IMG/VR virus record: IMGVR_UViG_3300046314_000558
Span: 1-64,000 of that record
Length of the DNA: 64,000 nt
From: a virus
Strand: one strand, 5' to 3'
The translations under genes and the position numbers were made by a program. This document shows, piece after piece, positions 45,646-56,350 of the stretch. How positions within the stretch are numbered: position 1 is the stretch's first letter; every line of letters starts with the position of its first letter. Below the pieces are notes generated by a model. The model did not search any database and was not told where the DNA came from. It saw nothing but the letters and a program-made list of their open reading frames with translations.

Positions 45646-47452
45646 TGCTTTTAGTTACGGATTAGATAATAAAATTGATTTTGTGGCCGCCCCACTCACA
45701 CAGCTTGTGGGTAAGAACGGTCACGGCAAGAGTTCTATTGCACTAGTACTTGAAGAAGTGCTGTTCAATAAGAACTCAAAAGGCATTAAAAAAGCAGATA
45801 TTCTTAATCGTTATGTAAAAGACAAACACTATGCAATCGAACTAGTATTTGATCGTGATGGTACCGAGTACAAGATTGAAACTCGTCGTGGTACGTCACA
45901 AACAGTTAAGCTATACAAAGACGGTGTTGATATTAGTGCACACACAGCTACTGCTACTTATAAGATTGTAGAAGAAGTAATTGGCATTGACCATAAAACT
46001 TTTAGTCAAATTGTTTATCAGTCAAATGCATCTAGCTTGGAGTTTTTAACTGCTGCAGATACTGCACGTAAAAAGTTCTTAATTGAAATCCTAAACTTGG
46101 GCAAGTATACTCAGGCACAGGATGTTTTCAAAGAAGTAGCTCAAGACTTAAGCAAAGATATTGCTGCAACTCAGTCACAAGTTAACACAGTCGTTGCTTG
46201 GCTAGACAAATACTCAAAAACGGATTTGAGTCCCAAGCAAGCTGTGGTTGTTCCAGAGCTTGACTCAGAAGTATTACAAGAAGCGGCTAAACTAGAGTTG
46301 TCTATTCAAAGTGTGGAGTCCACCAACCGTAAGATTTCGCAGAATAACACTTACAAGCAGCTACAGACAAAAATCAGTCTTGTGCCACTACCGCCTAAAC
46401 CTGATGATGACGTTAGTCAAGCTCAGCTAGAAGCAAAGAAATTGAACACAGAGACTATTGAGCTACAAAAAACGGTAAAAGACTCTGAGGCATTTGTTCA
46501 AAAGATGAATAAATTGCATGGTAACTGCCCAACGTGCTTACAGGCTATTGACACAGATAAAATATCTGAGCTTGTTAAAGAGCAGGTAGATATCCAGCTA
46601 AATGCTGAAAGTAAAAGCACACAGCTACGTTCACGCCTTGAGCAAATAAACGCAGACTATCGAGCATACACAGCTAAAAAGCTGGCCTGGGAAGCTGCAC
46701 AGAAGTCTCAAGAAGAATGGGAAAAGTATCATCAGCTTATTGATACTGAACTACCTGATACAATGCTAGATAAAGCGGCGCTGCAAAATAGCTTGGCCGA
46801 TCTTGAAACCAGTATCAAAGCTACGCGTGATAAGATTGCAGCAGCTGAAAAAACCAATCAAACTGTTAGTGCACATAATTCCAAAGTAGAAACAATCAGT
46901 AAGCAGTTAGCTGAAATGAGTGAAGAACTGGAAGTGTACAGTGAAAAACTTCATGAGCTATCGGAGCGCATGAGTATTGTAAATGTCTTAACTAAAACTT
47001 TCTCTACAACTGGCCTAGTTGCCTACAAGATTGAGTGCTTGGTAAAAGACCTAGAAGAAATTACGAACAATTACTTGGTTGACCTAAGTGATGGTAGATT
47101 TCAAATTAGTTTCAAAATTTCTGCTAGTGATAAACTAAATGTTGTTATCACTGATAACGGCAGAGACATTGAAATGTTGGCATTGAGTGGCGGTGAGCGT
47201 GCGCGAGTAAATGTAGCAACGCTATTAGCTATTCGCAAACTAATGCAGACCCTAAGTTCGAGCAGAATTAACTTGCTGATCTTAGATGAAACCGTTGAAG
47301 CACTCGACGTAGACGGTAAAGAAAAACTGGTAGAAGTCTTGTTAAAAGAAGAACACCTAAACACCTTTTTAGTATCGCACGGATTCTCACATCCACTACT
47401 AGAAAAAGTCAACGTTGTTAAACGCAACAACATATCTCATATAGAGGCATAA
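45614..47452 (+). CDS. D13-like SbcC/Rad50 ATPase
   Basis: GKNGHGKS; CPTC hook; LSGGE; ILDE. Confidence 0.92.
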   Translation: MITIKTLAWSNAFSYGLDNKIDFVAAPLTQLVGKNGHGKSSIALVLEEVLFNKNSKGIKKADILNRYVKDKHYAIELVFDRDGTEYKIETRRGTSQTVKLYKDGVDISAHTATATYKIVEEVIGIDHKTFSQIVYQSNASSLEFLTAADTARKKFLIEILNLGKYTQAQDVFKEVAQDLSKDIAATQSQVNTVVAWLDKYSKTDLSPKQAVVVPELDSEVLQEAAKLELSIQSVESTNRKISQNNTYKQLQTKISLVPLPPKPDDDVSQAQLEAKKLNTETIELQKTVKDSEAFVQKMNKLHGNCPTCLQAIDTDKISELVKEQVDIQLNAESKSTQLRSRLEQINADYRAYTAKKLAWEAAQKSQEEWEKYHQLIDTELPDTMLDKAALQNSLADLETSIKATRDKIAAAEKTNQTVSAHNSKVETISKQLAEMSEELEVYSEKLHELSERMSIVNVLTKTFSTTGLVAYKIECLVKDLEEITNNYLVDLSDGRFQISFKISASDKLNVVITDNGRDIEMLALSGGERARVNVATLLAIRKLMQTLSSSRINLLILDETVEALDVDGKEKLVEVLLKEEHLNTFLVSHGFSHPLLEKVNVVKRNNISHIEA

Positions 47453-47453
47453 A

Positions 47454-47753
47454 ATGATTAAAATTGAACGAATTACGGCTACCCAACCAACCCTTCTACG
47501 CAATGGAGTACGTCAACCTGTTACACAAAACATGACAGTAACTGCCCAAGAGCTGGAAACGATTGAAGCAGCTGACGGTACTATCCTCTACTCCGTGGAC
47601 GAAATGGAAGTAAAAACTATCACATTTCAGGCAAAACCAGTTGCCCCAGCACCAGCAGCTAAGCCAGTTGCAAAACCAGTTATCAAGCAACCACAACCCA
47701 AGGTTGCCGAGCCTGTCGTGGAACCTACAAGTGAAGAAAACGCGCCTGAGTAA
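47454..47753 (+). CDS. Hypothetical protein with Pro/Ala-rich tail
   Basis: ORF inserted between D13 and D14. Confidence 0.6.
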   Translation: MIKIERITATQPTLLRNGVRQPVTQNMTVTAQELETIEAADGTILYSVDEMEVKTITFQAKPVAPAPAAKPVAKPVIKQPQPKVAEPVVEPTSEENAPE

Positions 47754-48211
47754 TGGTCGTAGACGCTAGAGCCAAGGGAGCACGTACTGAAACCACAGTA
47801 CGTGATCTCTTGCGTAAACATACCGGTTTAGGGTGGGAACGTATTCCTGGTAGCGGAGCCCTTGACCCTAAACACCTGCTAAAAGGTGATTTGTATGTGC
47901 CTGGGCGAACTAACCTTTGGTGTGTAGAAGTAAAAGGCTACGCAGAAGATCATGTTACATCACACTTGCTGACTTCAAAATCACCACAACTTGTGGAATT
48001 TTGGGAACAAACAATTCGTCAAGGCAAGCAGGTTGAAAAGAAACCGCTGCTAATCTTTAAGTTTGACCGAAGCAAGGTATTTGTGGCTTTTGATGAAATG
48101 CCTAACTCGCAAAATTATCGGTGCATCTACTACAATCACGAAACCCACGAATTTTATGTTGCCTTACTAGAAGATTGGTTGAAGTATGAGCAACCACAAT
48201 TTGTGACTTGA
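47753..48211 (+). CDS. D14-like PD-(D/E)xK nuclease / Holliday junction resolvase
   Basis: KGARTE, PGSGA, GDL and VEVK motifs. Confidence 0.85.
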   Translation: MVVDARAKGARTETTVRDLLRKHTGLGWERIPGSGALDPKHLLKGDLYVPGRTNLWCVEVKGYAEDHVTSHLLTSKSPQLVEFWEQTIRQGKQVEKKPLLIFKFDRSKVFVAFDEMPNSQNYRCIYYNHETHEFYVALLEDWLKYEQPQFVT

Positions 48212-48262
48212 ACAAAAGTGGTTAATAGTGTATAATATACCCTTAACCACAAAGAATACAAC

Positions 48263-49108
48263 ATGAGTATTACATTTAAAAAAGCCACAGAATCAAATAA
48301 CACACTGTTGATTGTAGACGCACTAAACTTGGCATTTCGCTATAAACATAGCGGAGCCACAGATTTTGCCACAGACTACATTCGCACAGTTGACAGCCTA
48401 AAGAAAAGTTATAAAGCGTCTCACGTTATCATTGCTTGTGACCAAGGCAGTTCTAGCTATCGTAAAGCATTAAGCCCAGAATACAAACAAAATCGCAAAG
48501 ACAAGCAAGAACAACAAACTGACGCAGAGCGTGCAGCTTTTGAATTGTTCTTTGAAGACTTCCTGCAAACTATTGCCACTATTGAAACCACTACCAGCTA
48601 CCCTGTGTTGCGTTTTCAAGGTGTAGAAGCCGATGATATTGCTGCATACATTGTATCACAAAAGTCTAAACTGAGCACAGACGATATTTGGCTGATTTCT
48701 AGTGATCGTGACTGGGACTTGCTTGTACAGCCCGGCGTTAGTCGTTTCAGTTACGTTACACGCAAAGAAGTTACACTAGACAACTGGAACGACCATTATG
48801 ATTTTAACCCTGAAGATTATATTAGCATTAAGTGCCTTACAGGTGATACTGGCGACAATGTGGCTGGTGTCCCCGGCATTGGCCCTAAACGTGCTGTGGC
48901 TCTTGTTAACGAATGGGGCAGCACTTATGACATTATCGCTAGTATCCCTATTGCAGGCAAGTACAAATATATTCAAGAGCTCAACAAGTGCAAAGACACA
49001 CTAATGCTCAACTATCAGCTAATGGACTTGGTAACACACTGTCAGGAAGCCATTGGTAGCGAGAACATTGCCACAATTGACGAAACCCTACAACTTTACT
49101 TAAAATGA
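48263..49108 (+). CDS. D15-like flap endonuclease / 5'-3' exonuclease
   Basis: YKQNR, GVEADD and GDTGDNVAGVPGIGPKRA motifs. Confidence 0.93.
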   Translation: MSITFKKATESNNTLLIVDALNLAFRYKHSGATDFATDYIRTVDSLKKSYKASHVIIACDQGSSSYRKALSPEYKQNRKDKQEQQTDAERAAFELFFEDFLQTIATIETTTSYPVLRFQGVEADDIAAYIVSQKSKLSTDDIWLISSDRDWDLLVQPGVSRFSYVTRKEVTLDNWNDHYDFNPEDYISIKCLTGDTGDNVAGVPGIGPKRAVALVNEWGSTYDIIASIPIAGKYKYIQELNKCKDTLMLNYQLMDLVTHCQEAIGSENIATIDETLQLYLK

Positions 49109-49581
49109 GCCATTTTTTAAATATTAACCGAGATTACGACCACAGTCGTGGTGTACCAATCAAACAAGAGCTTGAGTGTCAAGTACAGCCTGGAGCACAG
49201 CTTCCAAAACGTGCACACCGCACAGATGCTGGAGCAGACTTGTTTAGCTATGAAGAACACGAAATCTATCCCGGCGAACAAAAACTTGTTGATACGGGTA
49301 CAGCGATAAAAATTCCAGAAGGCTATGGAGGCTTTATTTTCAATCGCAGCTCGCAAGGGAAAAAAGGCATTACAATCCCACATTCTGTTGGAGTCATTGA
49401 TTCCGATTATCGTGGAAATTTAAAAGTTTTGCTAAAAAATATTTCAGAAGACCCTTATAAAATCGAGGTTGGCGACCGAATTGCTCAGCTGGTTATTATG
49501 CCAGTGCTGCTGCCGGAATTTAAAGATATTTGGAATGACACACAACGCGGTACTGGCGGCTTCGGCAGTACCGGACAATAA
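49105..49581 (+). CDS. dut: Trimeric dUTPase
   Basis: DAGADL, RSS, GVIDSDYRG and RGTGGFGSTG motifs. Confidence 0.95.
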   Translation: MSHFLNINRDYDHSRGVPIKQELECQVQPGAQLPKRAHRTDAGADLFSYEEHEIYPGEQKLVDTGTAIKIPEGYGGFIFNRSSQGKKGITIPHSVGVIDSDYRGNLKVLLKNISEDPYKIEVGDRIAQLVIMPVLLPEFKDIWNDTQRGTGGFGSTGQ

Positions 49582-49595
49582 ATTAGAAAGAATAA

Positions 49596-51563
49596 ATGAA
49601 CTTACCATCAACACGAGCACAGGTAATTACACGTCGTACCTATAATCGCCCTACTAGCGACGACGGAAAAGAGTTTGAAACATGGCAAGAAACAGTTGCC
49701 AGAGTTATTGACCACCAAGAGTGGTTGTGGGCACGAGCAGTTGGTCGCGATTTAAATGACCTGGAATACGCGGAGCTTTATGATCTTGAGCAACTGATGC
49801 TAGATCGCAAGGTGCTAATGAGTGGTCGTACACTTTGGTTGGGCGGCACTAACGTAGCTAAAACACGTGAAGCGTCTCAATTTAACTGTAGTTTCACACA
49901 CGTTGAAACAATCTATGACGTTGTTGACGTCTTATGGTTACTGCTACAAGGTTGTGGCGTTGGATTTAAGCCAATTGTGGGTACGCTAAACGGCTTTTCA
50001 AAGCCAATTAAAAATATTCGAGTAGTACGTAGTACTCGTACTACCAAGGGTGGTAATGAGCACAATACAGAAACATTTGACGCAGAAACTAAAACTTGGA
50101 CTATTCAGGTCGGAGACAGTGCAGAAGCTTGGGCAAAGTCTGTTGGTAAGCTGCTTGCGGGTAAGTACCCTGCTGATACTCTTGTACTTGATTTTAGTCA
50201 ATTACGACCTGCTGGTGAAAGGTTAAAAGGTTATGGCTGGATTTCTTCAGGTGATGCTGCAATTAGTACTGCTTATACTGCTATCGCCAATATTCTTAAT
50301 GGTCGTGCTGATAGTCTACTCACTCGGATGGATATTCTGGACATTGTTAACCATCTTGGTACTATTCTATCCAGTCGTCGCAGTGCTGAAATCGCACTTT
50401 TCGATTACGGTCAACCGGAGTGGGAAGAGTTTGCTGTAGCCAAGAAAGACTGGTGGTTGCATAACAATGCACACCGCACACAGTCAAACAACAGTTTAGT
50501 ATTTAAAGAAAAACCGCTTAAGTCTGATCTAGAGAAAATCTTTGGCATGATGATTGAAGCTGGCGGTAGTGAACCAGGATTTATCAATGAAGTCGAAGCC
50601 CTCAGACGTGCTCCTTGGTTTAAGGGAGCCAATCCATGCGTTGAAATCTTACTCGGTAATAAGGCTTTCTGTAACCTTACCGAAACTGACATTGCCAAGT
50701 TCAAAGGCGACACAGCTGGATTACACAACGCTATACGACTGGCAGCTCGTGCCAACTACAGACAAACGTGTGTTAACCTTCAGGACGGCATACTTCAAGA
50801 GTCTTGGCACCTTAACAACTATTTCTTACGACTTTGCGGTGTAGGCCTAACCGGTATCGCAATGCGTCCAGATATGGGAAGCTATGACTACGAATACTTG
50901 AAGCGTACTGCTACTAGTGCTGCTGTTGGTATGAGTCAAGAACTTGGACTGCCTGCTCCTAAAAATGTAACTTGTATTAAGCCGTCAGGTACACTGAGCA
51001 AAATCATGGATACTACCGAAGGCGTACACAAACCACTAGGAAAGTATATTTTCAACAATGTACAATTTAGCAAACATGACCCGGTGGTTGAGAAACTACG
51101 TGAAGCGAATTACCGTGTTATTAATCATCCTGTTGATGATTCTGGAGTGCTTGTTACGTTTCCGGTAATGTGGGACGGAGTTCCGTTTGATAAAGTTGAT
51201 GGTAAAGAAGTTAACATTGAGTCAGCTATTATTCAACTAGAGCGTTACAAGTTGTTGCAGACTAGCTGGAATCAACAAAATACGTCGGTAACTATCAGTT
51301 ACGATCCAACCGAAGTACCTGGAATCATTGATTGGTTGCTAGATAACTGGGATTGTTATGTTGGCGTGAGTTTTATCTACCGCACAGATCCAACTAAAAC
51401 TGCCAAAGACTTGGGTTATTTGTACCTTCCACAAGAAGTAACCACAGAGCATGACTACCATGAGTATGTTAAAACCCTAAGCCCTGTTGATCTTAATAAC
51501 ACCAACAGTTTTGATGAAATCACCGATGCCGAATGTGCAACTGGTGCTTGCCCAATTAAATAA
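49596..51563 (+). CDS. nrdJ: Class II (B12-dependent, monomeric-type) ribonucleotide reductase
   Basis: RRTYNR, FNC, NPCVE, KPSGT and C-terminal CATGACPIK; no beta-subunit gene nearby. Confidence 0.88.
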   Translation: MNLPSTRAQVITRRTYNRPTSDDGKEFETWQETVARVIDHQEWLWARAVGRDLNDLEYAELYDLEQLMLDRKVLMSGRTLWLGGTNVAKTREASQFNCSFTHVETIYDVVDVLWLLLQGCGVGFKPIVGTLNGFSKPIKNIRVVRSTRTTKGGNEHNTETFDAETKTWTIQVGDSAEAWAKSVGKLLAGKYPADTLVLDFSQLRPAGERLKGYGWISSGDAAISTAYTAIANILNGRADSLLTRMDILDIVNHLGTILSSRRSAEIALFDYGQPEWEEFAVAKKDWWLHNNAHRTQSNNSLVFKEKPLKSDLEKIFGMMIEAGGSEPGFINEVEALRRAPWFKGANPCVEILLGNKAFCNLTETDIAKFKGDTAGLHNAIRLAARANYRQTCVNLQDGILQESWHLNNYFLRLCGVGLTGIAMRPDMGSYDYEYLKRTATSAAVGMSQELGLPAPKNVTCIKPSGTLSKIMDTTEGVHKPLGKYIFNNVQFSKHDPVVEKLREANYRVINHPVDDSGVLVTFPVMWDGVPFDKVDGKEVNIESAIIQLERYKLLQTSWNQQNTSVTISYDPTEVPGIIDWLLDNWDCYVGVSFIYRTDPTKTAKDLGYLYLPQEVTTEHDYHEYVKTLSPVDLNNTNSFDEITDAECATGACPIK

Positions 51564-51565
51564 TT

Positions 51566-51727
51566 ATGATCTCAAACAACACTGAACTAACCTTTAAAGT
51601 TAGTATTGAAGAAGCTAATCACATTTTAGCGGGCTTACAAGAGTTGCCTGCTAAAATCTGTAATCCGCTGTCGGTAAAACTACAAGCTCAAGCAAAAGAA
51701 CAATTGCCTGAGCCAGCAGCAGAATAA
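51566..51727 (+). CDS. Hypothetical 53-aa protein
   Basis: Hand-translated; terminator 51737-51774 follows. Confidence 0.6.
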   Translation: MISNNTELTFKVSIEEANHILAGLQELPAKICNPLSVKLQAQAKEQLPEPAAE

Positions 51728-51983
51728 TCAGCCAAACAAAAAGCCCCCGCGTTGCAAAACTCGGGGGCTTTTTTGTCGTCAAAATTTCGTAGGGTGCGCC
51801 AATGCACTTGCCCAAAAATATCCTGCATAATTTCTTATTACCGTGCATTTTTGCTCCTGGAACCCTAAAAGTTGGGTTGCAGTACATACCATTTTGTTGT
51901 ATAATTATATCAGTTCTTAAATTTTTAGGAACTGCGCGGTGATACGCAGTATCAAATCTAACCACAAACGAAAGATATATTGT

Positions 51984-52904
51984 ATGGTTGATACAACGAC
52001 TAGCGTACCAGTTTCTTCGGAAGCAACTGAAGAAGCAATGGATGCGCTTAAAAAACAAGCTAGTTTTGCTGAAGATTATTATAAGCAACTGGCATCTCAA
52101 GTTAAAGAAACCTTAAAGGAAAATAAAATGGCAGAAATTATGACACCAAGTATGATTATGGGTGGCGGCGGAGACGGTGGTCTTGGCTTTGGTAGTGGCG
52201 GCGGCCTTATTGGCGGTCTTATCTTAGGTAGTTTACTACGTAATGGTAATGGCGGTTTATTTGGCGGTGAAGGTAACGGTGCAGCTCTAGGCGCAACGCT
52301 ACGTAACCCACCAGAACAAAATCAAGCTAACATGGACTTAATGGCAGCTATTGGTGCAGTTGATAAAGCAACAGCAGTAAGCACAGCAGCTATGGAAGCC
52401 TCACAAGCTACACAAACTCTAGGTATTACAACTCAACTAAACAACGTAGCCAGCTCTCTAGCTGCTCGTACAGACAACCTAAAAGATATTGTTAATACAA
52501 ATGCAGTAGCTTTAATGCAAGGTCAAGCTGCTATTCAGCAAAACATCATGGAAAACCGTTATGAACTATCTAAAGATATTTCTAGCGACGGTGAAAAGAC
52601 ACGTGCACTAATTACACAACAGTACGAGCTAAATCTACAGCGTCAACTAGCTGATGCAAACGCAGCAATTATCGAACTACGTAGTCGTGAATACAGTGGC
52701 GCAGCAGCTCGCGGTGTTGAAGTTACTACAACAAACAACATCAACCAGATGCAACAACAACAGCAACAACAAGCTCAGTACGGTCAATTGGCCAATCTGA
52801 TCTGGAGCTTAGGTCAAAGCATTCGCAGCGAAAACGCAGCAATCAACGTTGGTAGCGGTACACAAACTGCTAACCCAAGCAACACAAATACTAACATTCG
52901 TTAA
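51984..52904 (+). CDS. Gly-rich hydrophobic segment plus coiled-coil protein (alternative start at 52128)
   Basis: GGGLIGGLILGSLL glycine zipper; long coiled coil; poly-Q; own promoter and terminator. Confidence 0.7.
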   Translation: MVDTTTSVPVSSEATEEAMDALKKQASFAEDYYKQLASQVKETLKENKMAEIMTPSMIMGGGGDGGLGFGSGGGLIGGLILGSLLRNGNGGLFGGEGNGAALGATLRNPPEQNQANMDLMAAIGAVDKATAVSTAAMEASQATQTLGITTQLNNVASSLAARTDNLKDIVNTNAVALMQGQAAIQQNIMENRYELSKDISSDGEKTRALITQQYELNLQRQLADANAAIIELRSREYSGAAARGVEVTTTNNINQMQQQQQQQAQYGQLANLIWSLGQSIRSENAAINVGSGTQTANPSNTNTNIR

Positions 52905-52965
52905 TATTTAGGTTACTAAGCCCCCAAGACCACAAGTCGTGGGGGCTTTTTAATTGGAGAGTATA

Positions 52966-53553
52966 ATGCAACAACAATTTATGCCGTTTGGTTGGCCTAT
53001 GCCAGCCTACTTACCACTACCACCTATAATAGAAGACAATGATTTATTTATAAACAGTGTAGTTAATGGTAGTTCAACACCAGGGCCTCAAGGCGAACCA
53101 GGGCCACAAGGCGAACCAGGGCCACAAGGCGAAGCTGGTGTTAGTGTAGTTAGTGCAGAAGTATCACCAAATCCCGGTGACCTAATGCTAACACTCAGCA
53201 ACGGTGAAATAATAAATGCTGGCAGTGTAATAGGGCCTGAGGGACCACCTGGACCAAGTGAAAGTTGTGGTTGCAATACTACAACTATTACAGAAGACTA
53301 CTACGCCACTGAAAAGGATTGCTATATTGGGGCGCAACTAAAAGATAAGGCAAGTGTTATGCTACCTAGTAACGTAAAGCCTGGTACTAAATACTCTATA
53401 AAACTAGAATTTGGTGCCCCTGTAGGCAACAGGAAACTAACAATACAACCAGAATCGCCAGCGCTAATAAACGGAGTTACGGCAATTACGATGACTACTC
53501 CTTATGAGAGTATTAATGTAATTTTTAATAATGGCAATTGGTGGACTATATAA
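52966..53553 (+). CDS. Collagen-repeat protein
   Basis: (GPQGEP)x3 encoded by an 18-bp tandem repeat at 53080-53133. Confidence 0.7.
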   Translation: MQQQFMPFGWPMPAYLPLPPIIEDNDLFINSVVNGSSTPGPQGEPGPQGEPGPQGEAGVSVVSAEVSPNPGDLMLTLSNGEIINAGSVIGPEGPPGPSESCGCNTTTITEDYYATEKDCYIGAQLKDKASVMLPSNVKPGTKYSIKLEFGAPVGNRKLTIQPESPALINGVTAITMTTPYESINVIFNNGNWWTI

Positions 53554-53561
53554 GGAATAAA

Positions 53562-53999
53562 ATGGAAGAACTAAAACTGGCGCTTAAACGCGCTTTTGCA
53601 ACAACTTATGCGTTCTTGGTGAAATCAGAAAACTTTCACTGGAACGTAACAGGCCCAAACTTTGTGCAACATCACGAACTGTTTGGTAAAATTTATGACG
53701 AGGTAGATGATGAGCTGGATGACTTTGCTGAGCGCGTGCGCGCTTTACGTTGCTTTGTGCCTGCTAGTTTCTCGCAACTTAGTGAAAATTCGCAAATTTT
53801 GGATACGCTGGAAATACTACCACCGACCGAAATGGTACGTACACTATACGTTGACAACGGCAAAGTACACACGGCGCTAATGGAAGCCTATGCACTTGCT
53901 GAAACTGAAGGTGAGCACGGACTAAGTGCGTTTTTAAGTGAACGCATTGACGCACACCGCAAACATGGTTGGATGTTGTATTCAACAATGCAACCATAA
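53562..53999 (+). CDS. dps: Dps-family ferritin-like protein
   Basis: HWNVTGPNF..HELF..Y...DDFAER; KHGWML. Confidence 0.92.
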   Translation: MEELKLALKRAFATTYAFLVKSENFHWNVTGPNFVQHHELFGKIYDEVDDELDDFAERVRALRCFVPASFSQLSENSQILDTLEILPPTEMVRTLYVDNGKVHTALMEAYALAETEGEHGLSAFLSERIDAHRKHGWMLYSTMQP

Positions 54000-54000
54000 C

Positions 54001-54040
54001 AAAAAGCCCCGCACTATTGCTAGTGCGGGGCTTTTCTTTT
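54001..54040. terminator. Bidirectional terminator between convergent blocks
   Basis: AAAAAGCCCCGCAC/GTGCGGGGCTTTT. Confidence 0.9.
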
Positions 54041-54419
54041 AACCGTCAGATGAGGATAAGAACAGTGCTGCAAATTCCAGTGCTTTGGCGTCGTCACGTT
54101 CTCGCATGATTTGATCACGCTTTTCACGACTCCAACTGAATCCACCGTCACCGCCCCACAAATCCCAAGCTACTCGGCCTTTGCTTGGAAAACCTTCTTC
54201 GCCGCTGTTGAATCCAGTAGCTTTTTTATCTACTTCGTGGCGACTGAAAAAGCTGTACATGCGTAGTACGGTTGTGCCGGTTAGCGGGTCTCGATCCTTT
54301 AGCTGATTAGCACGTGCAAGTCCAACTAGTGTACCTCCTGGCTTACCTTCGTCTTTCCATTTTAATGCACGTTTGGCAGCGCTTGCCATACCTTCTGTGG
54401 GTTTATATGTTTCTGCCAT
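54039..54419 (-). CDS. Conserved phage protein
   Basis: RMYSFFSRHE and AWDLWGGD motifs. Confidence 0.7.
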   Translation of the reverse strand: MAETYKPTEGMASAAKRALKWKDEGKPGGTLVGLARANQLKDRDPLTGTTVLRMYSFFSRHEVDKKATGFNSGEEGFPSKGRVAWDLWGGDGGFSWSREKRDQIMRERDDAKALEFAALFLSSSDG

Positions 54420-54854
54420 TTATTCCTCGTTTTCATCTGGGCTCACAAACAATACATTTGCATTGTCTGGATCGGTTGCTGGATCTTCCCAGTCATCACA
54501 TGTACGTAACGCACTGCAAGTAATAGACCACAATGTACAAACTGCGCTAGGCATTCCGGCAATGTCGGCCCACTTTGGTGTAACTGGTAGTTCACTTGCT
54601 TTTAGCTGAGCACCTGGACTAGCAGGTAACGCAGCCATAATTTCTGGACTATTGTTGTAGTGAGCACAATTCATGCATAGTCGGGTACGGGCAACACCTT
54701 CTGGTACGCCCCATAATTCCATTTTATCGCCCCAGTATAAAACACTGGGTTGTCGCGGATCTGCTGGACCTAACTTTGCACGCTCAATACAAACAAGGTG
54801 ATTTGATAAGTTTAAATCTTTGTAGCGTAGTGCTACTGGTAATACTTCTGACAT
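54420..54854 (-). CDS. Cys-rich hypothetical protein
   Basis: CMNC...C..C...TC pattern. Confidence 0.65.
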   Translation of the reverse strand: MSEVLPVALRYKDLNLSNHLVCIERAKLGPADPRQPSVLYWGDKMELWGVPEGVARTRLCMNCAHYNNSPEIMAALPASPGAQLKASELPVTPKWADIAGMPSAVCTLWSITCSALRTCDDWEDPATDPDNANVLFVSPDENEE

Positions 54855-54856
54855 AT

Positions 54857-55615
54857 TTAGTTCCTATAAGCCATAATAATTTGCTTACACATTTTTGATC
54901 TGACAATGTCTTCATCAAGGAATTCAATAACCTCAATACCTTCAATGCCCTCTAAACGATCCACAGCGTCTTCCAATCCACTATCAGGAATATCCGACTG
55001 CTCAGTGTCACCGCTAAAAATCATCTTGCAATTTTTGCCAATTCGCGATAACAGCATTTTCATTTCTTCACGAGTACAGTTTTGTGCCTCATCTACTAAC
55101 ACAATGCAATTGTCAAAAGTAGTACCGCGTAGGAATCCCAGAGGAGTTGGATCAATGTCCTTGGCTTTTAAACAGTATTCATAAAAACCTTTGCCTAGGG
55201 CTTTGGTAAAAATAGCATCAAAAGGCAATAAATACGGAGCGTACTTTTCTTCTAGAGTACCTGGTAAGAATCCTAAGCCACGACCTGTTTCAATATTGGG
55301 TCGGGTTAGGATAACTTTATCAACTCGTTTGTGAAACAGCTCCGATGCTGCATAACTGGCTGCAATAAATGTTTTACCTGTACCAGCACTGCCAATACCA
55401 AATATTACATCATTGTGTTTGATAGCGTCTAGGTACTCACCTTGTACGAAGTTTAGTGGCTGGACTTCTTTGAAAGTATAATTACGCTGAGGTTGAGGCT
55501 CGCTGATACCAGCATGTTTTTCACTACGCAGTCTAGATTTTTCCTCCTGTGATGGACGGTTACTAGACTTTTTTGCTGGAAAGGTGCGATGGGTTTTACC
55601 ACTATTTCTTGCCAT
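54857..55615 (-). CDS. phoH: PhoH-family ATPase
   Basis: GSAGTGKT, LGFLPG, RGTTF, DEAQN, GD..QSD and DIVRS motifs. Confidence 0.95.
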   Translation of the reverse strand: MARNSGKTHRTFPAKKSSNRPSQEEKSRLRSEKHAGISEPQPQRNYTFKEVQPLNFVQGEYLDAIKHNDVIFGIGSAGTGKTFIAASYAASELFHKRVDKVILTRPNIETGRGLGFLPGTLEEKYAPYLLPFDAIFTKALGKGFYEYCLKAKDIDPTPLGFLRGTTFDNCIVLVDEAQNCTREEMKMLLSRIGKNCKMIFSGDTEQSDIPDSGLEDAVDRLEGIEGIEVIEFLDEDIVRSKMCKQIIMAYRN

Positions 55616-55693
55616 GAATTTCCTTGTTGGTTTATATAAATCTCGTGGAAGCAATAATTTTACCACAAGATTAAACTGCTGTCAAATATAAAT

Positions 55694-55897
55694 TTACTTT
55701 GGGGCTTTTGGTGGCACAAGCGTACCTTCCAATTTTTTGTGCACTTTTACTTCTTTGCACACTTGTTTTGGTTTCTTGGTCTTGGCATCTGTTTGTTCAA
55801 CACATACCTTTTTAGTTTCGGCAGCAAATGCCGGATTGTTGTAGGAAACTGAAAAGATTCCTGCAACCATTAGTGTAGCCCAAATTACTTTTTTCAT
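55694..55897 (-). CDS. Small exported basic protein
   Basis: Signal peptide ending AFA; two Cys. Confidence 0.65.
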   Translation of the reverse strand: MKKVIWATLMVAGIFSVSYNNPAFAAETKKVCVEQTDAKTKKPKQVCKEVKVHKKLEGTLVPPKAPK

Positions 55898-56350
55898 TTA
55901 AATCTCCGGTTGAGGTGCCTGTTGAGGCGCTGGCTTGCCATTAATCATACGAATCTCTGCGATTGCAGTGCCGTTGAATCCAGCTGTGGTACTAAGTCCT
56001 GGTGAGAAACTTGGTTCTTGGCGCGGTACATACGAAGTTTTAGCAGCTTGTGCTGCGTTTTCTTGTGCTTGTTTCATTAGTGCTAAACTAGCATCAACTT
56101 CTTCTTTTGACCCGCCTGCTAACATAATTCCCGATAGTGTACCAGTTAAAAATGTAGCAATTGGCACAATTAACTCAAAGAATTTTTGGTCAATTGGTGA
56201 GATAGCGTTTAGTGGCTGTGTTACAAAAATCAAGCTGTAAAGCACCACAAACACAATACCTGTTAGTGTTAGCGCCAAACACACTCCAATAAAAAACTTT
56301 AGGCGAGCCATTAGTTGCTCATCGGTGTATAAAAACGTGTTACTTTGCAC
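55898..56350 (-). CDS. Two-TM membrane protein (holin candidate)
   Basis: Two TM helices; lies in the lysis-proximal operon. Confidence 0.55.
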   Translation of the reverse strand: MQSNTFLYTDEQLMARLKFFIGVCLALTLTGIVFVVLYSLIFVTQPLNAISPIDQKFFELIVPIATFLTGTLSGIMLAGGSKEEVDASLALMKQAQENAAQAAKTSYVPRQEPSFSPGLSTTAGFNGTAIAEIRMINGKPAPQQAPQPEI

